A DNA stretch of 60,000 nucleotides from Lytechinus pictus (lineage: Eukaryota): contig NC_087245.1 in assembly GCF_037042905.1 (NCBI RefSeq), forward strand, positions 15,378,001 through 15,438,000, given 5' to 3'. This document shows, piece after piece, positions 37,601 to 50,900 of this stretch. How positions within the stretch are numbered: position 1 is the stretch's first letter; every line of letters begins with the position of its first letter. The notes beneath the pieces are model-generated. The model did not search any database and was not told where the DNA came from. It saw nothing but the letters and a program-made list of their open reading frames with translations. The position numbers and the translations under genes are program-made.

Positions 37601-39165
37601 TTAAATTTCATATTGGCTTAATGTGGATTTTTCATATTAGGAATTATTGCAGGAGCTTAGCTATATGTTGACATTTAATTCTCTTGTTGCCAGCACCTAA
37701 GCCTTGTTTCAGAAATCTTATGATGATATTCTACCTTTATATAGCCCTTAATACACTAAGATGTTTTTAAATGTTCTACAGATATAAAGGTACCCCCCCC
37801 TCCTTGTTACAGATTTTTGCATACCCACAAATGATCTTTGCACTTTCTCCACTCCCTGGTGAGCACTCCATCAAGAGCGACCAAGCTTGAAATACTAAAT
37901 TGGTTTTTGGTTCCTGCCGAGTAGTATTTCACACCTGGGTGGAGAGTGTGTTTTATTTTGCTTTTGTATAATATATTGATGATCATCTACAAGCTCAGCT
38001 AAAAAAAAAGATATGTTATTCCTATCATGTCAAACCAATGTTTTGAATCCTTTATTTAACTCATTTTGATGTGATTTTAAGAATACACTCAAATATTGTA
38101 ACATATTCAAAGATTATTATATTGTGATAAAACATTTATTTTTTAATGACAAAAGGTCAAAAGTTGAAATATACCTAGTAAATCATATTTACACATGCAG
38201 CACTTTTTGTAAATCAAAGTAGGTGCCTTTCAATATTGCAAACTGGACACTTTTGAGCAATTAATATTGTAACAATTTAATTTACAGGCAAGTGATTTAT
38301 GAGTAATATTGCTAAATAGATTTATGCATAGAGTACACTGTATTTTCAAAGTTTCCAGTTTTCAATCATAATTAGTGATAATGGTTAATTATATTTTAAT
38401 CATCATTACATGTACATTTGTATGAGATTATCGGTAAATATGAAGTCACTATTTGGATGCAGCATTATCTTTAAAACTATAATTATGTGTATATGATATT
38501 TTCTACTTATTCTGCCAAGTTTTTTTTTTTTTTCAAAAAGGTTTATGCTGCATGCTATTTTGTTGACCCCATAGAATCCTGTACTTGCCTTATCAAAGAA
38601 GGATTATATTAATATGGCATCAATTCCAGTATTAAGTTTGAATTCATTGTTTCATTGTCACTTTTTCATCATGCATCTATGAAGTTTTGTTCATATTTTA
38701 ACCAAGAGTGTTATCTTGAAGAACTATTTTTAGACTAGATATTTAGTGTTCACTACCCTCCGCCCCTGAAACTTAAAGACCCTTAACATAGGCATGCTAA
38801 AGTGTGGACACATGACCGACAAAAATGTACCCTATTCTTGCTGATGAGAGATGTTATTTCAATAATATGAATTTATTTCAGTACTTGTAGATTTGAATAG
38901 ATTTGTTGTGTTTTAAAATATGGTTGATATACTTTGTTTTTATTTTAGCCTTTCTTCAGTCAGGAGTTCAATATTTTTTGTGTATTGAGACTAAGGCAAC
39001 CAAAGAATGATAAATTACAACATAATTGAAATCCCATGTTTTCTTAAATCTCTACTACATAAATCGAAACCATGTCTTTGTGCAGTACAGGGGAAAAAAG
39101 CCCTTGTAAACAGTGGAAGGTAGTTTAAATATTTACTGTATTAACTTTATTCATCCCTTTTTTTT

Positions 39166-40117
39166 GTCTCACCTGCATAGCAGAGTGAGACTATAGGCGC
39201 CGCTTTTCCGACGGCGGCGGCGGCGGCGGCGACGGCGGCGTCAACACCAAATCTTAACCTGAGGTTAAGTTTTTGAAATGACAGCATAACTTAGAAAGTA
39301 TATGGACCTAGTTCATGAAACTTGGCCATAAGGTTAATCAAGTATTACTGAACATCCTGCCTGAGTTTCATGTCACATGACCAAGGTCAAAGGTCATTTA
39401 GGGTCAATGAACTTAGACCATGTTGGGGGAATCAACACCAAATCTTAACCTGAGGTTAAGTTTTTGAAATGACAGCATAACTTAGAAAGTATATGGACCT
39501 AGTTCATGAAACTTGGCCATAAGGTTAATCAAGTATTACTGAACATCCTGCCTGAGTTTCATGTCACATGACCAAGGTCAAAGGTCATTTAGGGTCAATG
39601 AACTTAGACCATGTTGGGGGAATCAACACCAAATCTTAACCTGAGGTTAAGTTTTTGAAATGACAGCATAACTTAGAAAGTATATGGACCTAGTTCATGA
39701 AACTTGGCCATAAGGTTAATCAAGTATTACTGAACATCCTGCCTGAGTTTCATGTCACATGACCAAGGTCAAAGGTCATTTAGGGTCAATGAACTTTGGC
39801 CGAATTGGGGGTATCTGTTGAATTACCATCATAACATAATAGTAATCAAGTATTACTGAACATCCTGTGCAAGTTTCAGGTCACATGATCAAGGTCAAAG
39901 GTCATGTAAGGTCAAAGAACTTTGGCCACGTTGGGGGTATTTGTTGAATTGCCATCATATCTCTATAAGTGTATTGGTCTAATTCATAAAACGTGGAAAT
40001 ACGAGTAACCAAGTATCACTGAACATCTTGTGCGAGTTATAGTAGTTTTCAAAATCAGCACTGCTGCTATATTGAATCGCGTGATGCAGGTGAGACGGCC
40101 AGAGGCATTCCACTTGT
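39166..40117 (+). mobile_element. Helentron/HINE-like non-autonomous element with 191-bp tandem core (young copy)
   Basis: T-rich flanks, subterminal IR GTCTCACCTGCAT / ATGCAGGTGAGAC, (GGC)n microsatellite, and three near-identical 191-bp units starting at 39241, 39432 and 39623 plus diverged units. Confidence 0.8.
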
Positions 40118-41841
40118 TTTCTATGCTGTCTCTCTGCATCTTTAGATTTTAATTCTTTCACTGTAGCCCACTCTCCACATCTTACTCCTATTAAGTGGTG
40201 TTTCAGAGAAGATTCATTATAGATTTGATGGTTGATCCATCCAAATATATATTTTGAAATGTGTAAATACAAATATGTAATTTTTTTTTTCTTCACACTT
40301 CAGAAATATTGAAATTATGCCAGACACATGTTAATATCTATATTGAAATTATGCCAGACACATGTTAATATCTACTATGTATTTAATTTCATTATCAAAC
40401 ATATCAACATAGAGCTTTTATTTACATTTGTTTGCATAATCACTTTACACATGTGTAACCTTTATCCCAACATATACATTTTGTTACAGGAGCAAGATTT
40501 AGCTTTCAACGGCATGTATGCACATTCTTTAGCCTTTTTGTCTATAATTTTGCTGATAAATGATTACTTCATATGTATATAAATTGAAATTAAATAATAT
40601 CAACAATTTATTTTGTTTATCTTTGTCAGTACTTGTTGGGCATTATCTCTATTTTCCATATACACACACAAATATTATTCCAAAATGGTCCCAAAGTATA
40701 AAAACTAAAATATGTATTTTGTACCGTACAACATTTACTAGGCACATTGGAAGTTCTTTAGTTTGTATATACTGGCAAGAGTTGTGGCTTGGTGTTTAAA
40801 ACAATACTTTTAAATGGAAGACATTGAAATATGGGCTTACAGAATATAGCTACCATATTGGGATATATTATATACAACCAGGCATTATTACATAAAGCCA
40901 CTTGATGTCTCCACTCAAGTACATGTAGTTTCATTGACATAATTCTGGAAACATAGATACAAAATTTGTACAAACAGTGATGATTCCAAGTGAGAGGAGT
41001 GGTTTTCACGGTACAAAATTCCTTGCCCACTTTCCAATAGATATGAGTAATATCTGCTGACGAAAGGGGTTTAGGTATTCCTATATATACACTTCATTTA
41101 ATTTGTTTCTAGATTAAGTTAACTACATCCATGAGAATTCAAAGATTTTTGAAAAGTCAGGGTGATTGGTTGCAAAACCCTTTTACAAGATAGGTCCTGT
41201 TGAAAAATATGGGACATTGACAGAAAAGGCCACAAGCATGAGTCTATGACAGATCCCGTAAATTCCCAGCACGACTTACAAGTTTATGACACATCCTGTA
41301 CAAAGAGAATTGACAACTGATTTGAAAAGCTGTTTGTCCTTCAGGGCTTTGATCTAGGCCTGTCCAAGCAAATACATTTAACAGAGCACCAGTCTCCCAA
41401 CAACACTTCTTCAGCAAATGTACAAGCACAAGTGTCTTATCTAAATACAGGTCAATGATAAAACAGCTATAAGAACTGACTGACTGACAAGTCGGGAGTT
41501 ATTTGTGCAATTTCATTGCATTTTCATCTATTTAGTATGGAAATAAATGTTATTGACTACAAAATTTGAAGCAAATAGCACCGCTGTTAAATATTCAGTA
41601 TATAACCCAAAATTTCCAAGAGAAAAATCCTGTCTTGCAAAGATGATATCAAAACAATTTCTATTCCCTTCTCTTTTTTATCTACATTGTTACAGATAGT
41701 CAACAAGTTCAGTACGTATTCTTTATGTGTGAACTTTCTGTAAGTTTATTTTTCAGGCCTCGAGTCTGACAGCTTTCAAGCATTTGGTCCATAGATGTAG
41801 ATATGAATTTAGTATTCAGTTTATCCACGACCTTGACTAAA

Positions 41842-41946
41842 TCATGGGGACCCTACGCCTACGTTGGTAGCACAAGAGACGGCAGACTCTCCGGAGCAGT
41901 AGCCGATGCTATCGTTGTCATCAATCGCCATCGTGTTCGTTATGAT
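41842..41946 (-). CDS. EXOC3-like terminal exon
   Basis: aaacag|ATC ATA ACG...TGA. Confidence 0.75.
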   Translation of the reverse strand: MITNTMAIDDNDSIGYCSGESAVSCATNVGVGSP

Positions 41947-44900
41947 CTGTTTCGGTAGAAAGATAAATGAACTATATATTTGTTATATTGATTTGGTCTC
42001 GGGTTGAAACAAAGTTACACTTTTATTTGAATATATTTAGCTGCGCCTAGGCAGGGCTTTTTTTACGCAATACTACGTACACAACAATTTTCTTAACTAA
42101 ATAAATCAATTTATAGTAATATCGTGGAATAGATGATTGTTATGATTTTGGGTTTTCACATCATTCTTCATATTTGTTCTCTGATAATTTGATTAATTTT
42201 ATATATAAAACCACTTCTCAAGCATTAAATTGGACCAAACTTTCAGGATAGAATCTTTGTATTTTTATATAGCTTTCAAATATGTTATTATTAAGTCAAG
42301 AAAATAACAGTCATTTCAAATTTTCAGAAGAATCAATAAAAAGATAGCAATATTCCAAAATAAGATTTTTTTTTTATCATAATTTAAAATGGCTTCATAC
42401 TGAGTTTTGCTTTCTCTCATGCTACATCTTTAGGGCAATAACTCTTGCAGATTGTAATATATCCTGGGCTAATATGGTTGATAACAATACTACAATTCCA
42501 GTATTATGTACATATTATATGTGGGACCTTCCAGTTAATGATTTGTCTTTGATCTCTTTTTTTATATTTAAATATTGTATAGCTCTCAAATTGTCATGGC
42601 TTGAGAAGTCAAATAGGCAAATGGGGTCACTCATACAAAAGTATTCTGATTTTAGATAATTGCCCGATGATTTATTCCCTATGAGCTAAGAAACTTTGAG
42701 AAAGGCAAAGCGATGCTTGGTCAGTAGTTTTCAAGTAGGGGCTTACCTTCTTAATCTTGGCTTTCTTGAGATCACCTCTGAGTCTAAGGATGGCTTTGAG
42801 CTGTCTCCTCGTCAACTCTGGGTGTTTCATTACAAGACTCTGTAAGAAATTGATATAAAGTATCAACATTTAGTTGCCATTCATACAATGATATTATATA
42901 AAACAAATACAAAGAAAATACAGCATAACATCACTGAAATTGCAATCGAAACAGAACTGCATTTATCCACGATTGTCCATGTAATGAAATTTTGATTGAT
43001 TTTGGATGGTCACTTTCATATGATTAGTTTGTTTTCACATCTTACCAAAGAAAAAGAAAAAAGATATCACAAGGAAGAACAGACTATTCTGGGGATACAT
43101 ACATTGTACTTGAAGAGAGTGAGAGGGAGAGAGAGAGTAATTGTACAATAAACAATTATGCTGGCATTAAGTCATGTAAGAGATAGAAGTGGTTAGTGCC
43201 TTTGGCCTGTATTCTGAATCCGGGTTTAACTGAAACCATGGGCCAAGTCTGGGTTAAAAATCTAAGAAATTAAAAGATAAAACTTGCTCAAAAGAGGAAG
43301 ACTACTGTTAACCCTTAGCGCGCAATCTTGCACATTCCTACACATAAATATTACAATTGTAATAATTAGTTCTCTCCTCTACATACATATTAGGGAAGAT
43401 TATACATTACAATAGTTCTTGGATAACATCTCTATAACAATTATAAGTATAAATGGTGCAATGTAGAAATCTTGATTCAAAGAAAATAATATTGAAACAG
43501 TTGTCATTATTATCCCCCCCCCAAAATTAATTCAGCGTGCAAAGAGTTAAACAGCAGTATGAGCGAAGGCTTGTGAAATGGAAATAATCTCTCACCGTTA
43601 CTTCCAGTACAATTGTTTGCTTGTCACTCAGGTGGATAACTTCAGCCATCTGTCTCAACATGTTGAAGATGGATATGTGGACCTTTAATGACAAGAAAGA
43701 AAAATCATTATGATGAAGCATTCTACATAATACCAAAATATTAATATTAAATATATACATTTTCATGAATAATTACGATGGCCCCTTGATCTATCAATCA
43801 ACATGAATAGTATGTATTTGATTATCTGTTTAATTACAAAACTACAATCAATTTCATTGTTATGGATACCATTTGAAAAAAGCACCATTTTGTTACACAA
43901 AATATTTCAAATTTCTGCAGATCAACATTCCATCAGTCAGGAATAATGCTGAATCCCTTGAAAATCAATACTGATTCCCTCAAATCAATTAATATGTCCT
44001 CCCCGAGCAATCCCTGACATAGCAACGTACCTCTGCTTCTCTCTGGAGTGAAGCTAGCGTATTCTCAATCTGATCACACTCCCACATGATCTGCTCAGCA
44101 ACGTTCTGCCTCTCTTTGGAATTCTTACATGTGATGCACACAGTCCTACAAGTAGATGAAACAACAATTGATAATAATCTACAGTCCTCATGTTGTACGA
44201 CACATTTAGCCTCTTTTCCTTTGGCAACGGCTGTGAATCAAAATGTGACATCTACAATCATGATGATCAAACATTCTAAAAGCATCAATGCTTTCTTGAT
44301 CGTGCCATTGAAAGCATTCCTTTAAGCAAGACCCAGAGATCTTTTCATAAATATTCTTAAAAGCAACATTACTTTTTAGAGGGTATCCTTAAAAAATATA
44401 TCTATGTAAGAACATTTTGAAGGCAGGTCTTCTCATGGATTCTCTCAAGTCATTTTGTTTCCTGATCATATTCTTGAATTTATCTTTTTCAAGACAAAGT
44501 TTATAAAAGATATTCTTAAATAATCATTGCTTTTCAGGGTTATTTAAAAAACATTCTTGTTTTTACATTCATTTGTAAGGCACAGTTCTTGTCAATGTTA
44601 TTACTTTTTAAGGGTTTTCTTTAAGAGATTCATGTTTGGACAATCATTTTTAAGGCAGAGTTGTTGTCAGTACTAAAACATTGTTTTTGAGGAGATATTT
44701 TTGAAAAAATTCTTTTAGCATGATGATATTTTTTAGGGCATTGTACTCGATAAGAAATTGGTTCTCACCTTCGACTGAAGCTCTTGGTGTATTCCTGTAG
44801 CATGTACTGTTCAATCTTCTCCCTCCATTCGCCAGTGAACTGTCTCCGAAGATGAAACGTGTATGACGTAATGGTGTCACATACCTCACCAATACATGAT

Positions 44901-47900
44901 GTGCCATTCTGAACAAACCTATTTATGAAGAGAATGAGGAAAACATTATTGTGAATCTAGTCAGTTAAACTCTTCTTACTTGATAAATGGATTATATAGT
45001 CTTCTTTTGTTGTGGGTTCTAACCCCCCCCCCCCCAACCAATGAAAAAATACTAACCTTTATCAGAGGTTTTCAGACTTACTAAACCATATTTTAAAAGA
45101 AATACATGACCTAAAATTCAAGTCAGTTGACCTAAATTGATTTTAAAAAAATATATATTTTATCATCTGCAGGGCATTTGCTTTTATTTTTCAAATTGTC
45201 AATAGATGTTACCTGACCATATTTTATTATTGATAGTTAATATTGCTCAAATTTATTTATAGCACTTTTTTTTATCAATATTGAAGGACAATATTTAACA
45301 ACAATGACAGTTTGATTCGAAATGGTTAATCATTCCCAATCAGTTGTACTTACCATTGTTTTGTGCCGACCAATTTCAGGAGAGGCTTTATCTCGGCAAA
45401 GAGATCATTCATGAATTTGTCAAAGCTTTAGAGATAAAAAAAAGGGGTAAAATTAAAGTTAATAAAGCTTCTGATGTGATAAAGAGATCGATTCACACTC
45501 GTGGAATTGAAAAAGATTAATCATTATTCCCATTAATTAATTAAGCAAAATAGATTGGATAGACAGGAAAGTAGATATATGATTACTTTAACCCCACATA
45601 ATAAAAGCAATGCACTTTGATGTATATTATAGTCACAGTCAAAGCAGGTATGGGAATTACCATTTAAAACAGTGTAAATGGAAATCCAGCCATTTAATGG
45701 AAAGTTGTTTTTAAAGGAAAATGAAAAAAAAGTTTGAACAAAAATCGGACAATTATGAATTTGGAAGAGTTAGAATAGACATTGCATAGATCGAGACATT
45801 ATTATAGAAAGCAATATGATACATTCAAAATTGACATTTATCAATATAATTACCATTCTTTGGCTAGTCTTCTCATCATATTTAGTGAGTATGTGAAATC
45901 ATCCTCGTCTTCATCTGTCTGTTTGGGATTCTTCTTCTCCCCCTGGGGGCGCTGTTGATTGAAGAGCTGCGAATGCTCAATGATGGTATCAAAGTTATTC
46001 AATGCTGCTACCTGTATGGACGAATGCCAATAGGAATAATTTAAATAATCAATAAATGAATGAATAAATAACTAAAAATACATGAAGATAATTATATAAA
46101 AAACAAATATACCAATAATAAAAAATGAATACATTTATGAATAGATAAAATGAATATACATGTATAGATTGAGAGATAAAATAATAGCATTATACAGATG
46201 TAGAAATTTCCAAAGAAAAATCATATTTATGACTTGTCCCATTAAAACTAAAATAATCATGGAAAATGTTTCATAATTAACCCATTGTGTGCCACTGCTG
46301 AAAAGGGTCATATTTAAAAAAAAAGAAATATCGAATGGAATGTAAAGGAATCTAACAAGATACTATATAAATTGAAGATTGTGAATTAAATTCGTTCATG
46401 GTAATTGTTGCTTTGTTGATGAAAAAAAAAAAGAGAACGGTAGGTCCTTAATTCAAGGAATTAAGCAATATTTCTATCTTGTTGCAGGTACAGAATCTAG
46501 TAGCAAATATGGTCAAGTAGGTTTTCATTCAAACTGATTCTGTCAACTTCTGCTTCTATGTCGGAGAATATATTCATGAAAACATTGTATATTCAGGGAA
46601 AAAAGGTGGATAATTTTTTTGTACCGAGAATTGCACGTAGAACTTTGGTTTATTTAGCTGACTTCGCTTCTCCTCTGCTGCCGTGGTCGACAGGTGCGGC
46701 TCCACCGTTTTTCTTATCTTCTTCACCAGCTGGGCCGACTTGGGCGATGGCTGCGGCGATGATGGGGGCGTGGTTGACACCGATCTTGTCGGAATGTAGA
46801 CCTTCACGGCCGCTACAGGTATATAGGAGAGCAAAAATAAGAGTTACGGGCATTTCGAAATAAGAACATATAAAAACCTGTAGATTTCATAATGTCTATT
46901 TTCGTTTAGGCAAGAAATATCATTTTAGAAGCGTCAGACTATATTTGCCGGGAGTTGACGCCACTCCTATTAAATTTCTAAATCCGCATCATATACAGAT
47001 GTCAAAATTCTCGTTAAAATACTGACGTCTGTTGTGGAATTGTTGTTTATAACTTCAACAATGATGTCCGACTTGTGTTAAAATCGTTGAACCATTGGAA
47101 AAATGCAATTGAATCATTCACATAAACATAAAAAGGAACAGAGATGACAGCCAGACAAAACTTTATGGGATATTACAAAATTAAATGTTTAAAGGTCCTT
47201 GCATATTTGTGAGAACTTCATTCAGAAGACCATGGTTCAGTGATATTCAACAATTGGCTTATGGCATGTGTGAGTGTCATCAAAATTAAAGAATTTGCCG
47301 TGGTATATAATACTTTGGGATTTTCGGATGACTGATCACCTGTATAGCTGTAGACAATCGTGCATGGGTTTAAACAAAGTTCGTAAAAATACAGAGGAAC
47401 TATACTGCTTATGGCCTTGTTCAGATAATACTATGATCAGATCACAACTTCCCTCTGACTATATAATTGACAGGGAATATTTTCACAATCAGTATGCAAT
47501 GCTATAAATCTGTTGAATTGCAGAATTTCACATGATATTCTACGAAGTAAACAAGTCATAAACAGGATGGGGAGCACTACTTTTATGTCTTGAAACCATG
47601 CTGTATTGTCGTGTGCCAAATTATTGCAGTAATCATACCAACGAAATCGAAATGGCTTGGAAGTTTATAAGCTAGTCGGCTATATATTGTTGATGTAACC
47701 GAGACATTACTTTATTTGATTATCAAACATGTCAAAATGAAAACGGCTGCTGTTTCTTGATGGTTGACCTGAAGTCATGTTCTCACTCTGTATTCACAAA
47801 ATACATGTATAAGGTAATTAATATCTACCAAAACATTCTTACAAAATTAAAGTAACAATTTTAGTATGGAAATAAATCTAAATTTCGTTTTGAAAAAAAA

Positions 47901-50900
47901 AATACACCTATTGATGAAATATATTTCAAATCAAAGAAAACTTTAATCGTTCAACAAAGGCAGACTGGATGATACTTTATGTAAAACAGTGATATTTACT
48001 GACAAAAATCTGAAAATTAGTTAATAAAAAATATCAAAACAAAAACACGTACCTGCATAGTGCTGTACAATGTTCCTGACTTCATCAAGACAATAGCCCA
48101 ATAAAGCTTTGTATGTTCCTGTACTTATCTCACGGGCAACATCCAACTAGAAAAAAAAAACATTTTAAAGGAGATGCTGAATAATATTCTATAAAAATCA
48201 CACAATGAATGATGTAGGATGTATTTATCATTATTTTATCTACTGATTTATATTTATTGGCAATAAAACTATTTAAGGTACGACTGTTATATATCATTAC
48301 AATTGTTGTTTTTATTGTCAATAGTTTTGAATCGTTGTGACTTCTTTTGAAGTAAAGGTTACAGCGATTTGTCATTGAAGTTCACTTTGTTTACAGTTTG
48401 ATTTCAAAAGAAAAATCTGACCGACATTGTGCACAAAAGACTCAAAACGAGGTCAAAATAGTGACATCACTTTCTCATTTCAATAAGAGTTTACGGGGTT
48501 CAGCTCTCAAAACACATCTAAAAATGCGGTGACCATGATATAGGCCGACGGAAATAATAATTAGGACTATTTTTCTTCTCATTTATAGAAATATAAAGGT
48601 CAACTGTAACTACTGCAATTAACATACTTACGTTTTGCCTGAGTAAGTCAAACAAGTGGACGGGAAATTCTGTGTACAAGTACCCATCTTTGTCTTGCTT
48701 TGGGGGCGAGTCTTCACTCTTCCAGTCCTGGAGAAATCAAAATATATTTCAAAATGCACTGATTTGGTTTTTTTTCTTTTTCTAATCGGCAGTAAACTAT
48801 ATTAATTGTACTTAAATGTGTCGTTTGAGTTAGAAAGGTATTGCCAACAATGGAAATTAAGTTTTTATCGATGCATGGATGGATTCCCTATTATGAACCA
48901 GACAGTGCGTGACTAATTAATTCCGTTCTAAAGAATAAAATGTTTTTGATTATGCTGCTCTGAAATTAAGATGAACGAACGGAGAAATTCTCAATAGAAT
49001 GAAAAACATGATTTGTCTGGTTTAACAGCAGTCTCATGCATGCCATACAAGCATCCCCTGAATGTTTCTTTAAGTGAAAAGATTATCACATTTATGAACA
49101 GTTGTTTCAGCCTAAACGATTAATTCTGTCTGTTACTGGCTTTCCAACATTTTGCGATACTACGAATTCGAATGGTGATGATAACTTACCTCTCTCTCCT
49201 TCTGCAAAGCGTCCTTGGCCCAATGTTTAACATTGCTATGTACTGTCTTTAAATAGCTGAAACATAAAATCGAGAGATTCCCTTCGATGAGACTCTTGTT
49301 AAACTTATTTATGCGTTTTGATTACAACAGAATCAGGAGAACAAAAACAACTACCTTCTTTTTTATTATAAAACATTACAAAAAGGAGACAAACTTTATC
49401 TAAGCCCACACATACTGATGCAAACATTATACCGCAAGACAAAACAAACTTTTATTTTGAAATTGAAGTTTAAGGGTGGCTCATTTCTTTCATTCTCTCC
49501 TAAATTATTGATTGATTGTATTTATTCTTTTTCATTTCAAATTCAACAAAATTTCAATAAGATACACAAATTCATGGCGCTTTTTTCATTTAGTGGACTA
49601 ACTGACTAAGTGTAGAAGACTAAAAAGATATTATCCCGAAAGTGAAATGTGGCACGTTATCTTAATTTGCCAGGTGCTCCCAGCAGGACTCGATTGATCA
49701 TTGTTTTTGGAAGGGTTTGCTTTATTTCACAAAATAAGAAAAAAAAGATCGATAAAATCCCCACTGCTATCATGGCTATTAGGCACATTGTCATGAATGA
49801 ACACATACAGTGTTGATGTATGCATTAATTCTTATAATATTCTTTACAATAGATCGAGCCCCCCCCCCCCCCCTACTACCAGCTAGTGCAATAGCTATTT
49901 TCAGGCATTAAAAAGTATTTATCGTAACATCGTCATTGCTCACATACCAATGTCACAAACTGGAACAAATCATAATTAAGATTTCATTTTCATTCCCTTT
50001 TCGCATAGCAATGTCAGTAGTGTGTGACGATCACAAATAATGACTCCAGGCAATTTGAAATCGTACTAATTGTCTCTGATTTACGAATACCGCATGAGTT
50101 TCTGATGAACTTGGACTATATATATGTCTAAAATTACATGTTTAGGGAAAAAAGATACATTGTTATTGTTTTGCTCATGGTCCTCAGTAAAGTGAGTTTA
50201 TAATCAATAGCGAATATGACAATAACAATCAAACCGACAAAAATGATTAGACACATAAACAATTACAAAACAGATTCCTTTGAAGAGTATCATAATTTAA
50301 TAACTTTAATATTTTCCATTAAAATACGTGACGTTGTACGAATTCATTAGATCTTTACCTATATATTACATATATAATGTTGTATCATGATAATGCCCAA
50401 TCAAAACAACCTGACCATTATCTATTTTTCTGTTCTGGTTCAAAACACACTTGCCCTTGAACAAACTGTGTCAATAAAATTCATACAACTGGACCTGTTT
50501 GACTTTTATGAGGTAAAAAAATCCTTTACTAAATCGTAATCATGATAATGAATATATCCTCGGCGAGACAGTTCATTGAATGGTTTTGTAACAATTGCTT
50601 TGAAAGAATTCATTTGTGGTTTGCTGATCGTCTGTGTCATTAGGGAGTTAAATGTTTTCAAGGAAATTAGACTGACCAGGGACGTGCGACTGAGAATGAC
50701 CATCTTCTTGTCTCTGTATTCACTTCAAAATCCTGTTATCATCAAACCAGTTCTTATTTTTAATATTTCCGTCCTCATTATCGCTTCTATATTCCTCCAT
50801 ATATCTTTTTTTATTCGCCGTTTTCCAGTTATTTCTTTTTCTGTCTGGAATCATTTACATGGACATAATTTGCCCTCTCCTCTTGAACATGGTTGACCCC

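Noticed and set aside
44146..44230. Upstream acceptor (ttcacag) for the EXOC3-like exon
   Set aside because: In the required phase it hits a TAA stop. The acceptor at 44145 keeps frame and homology.
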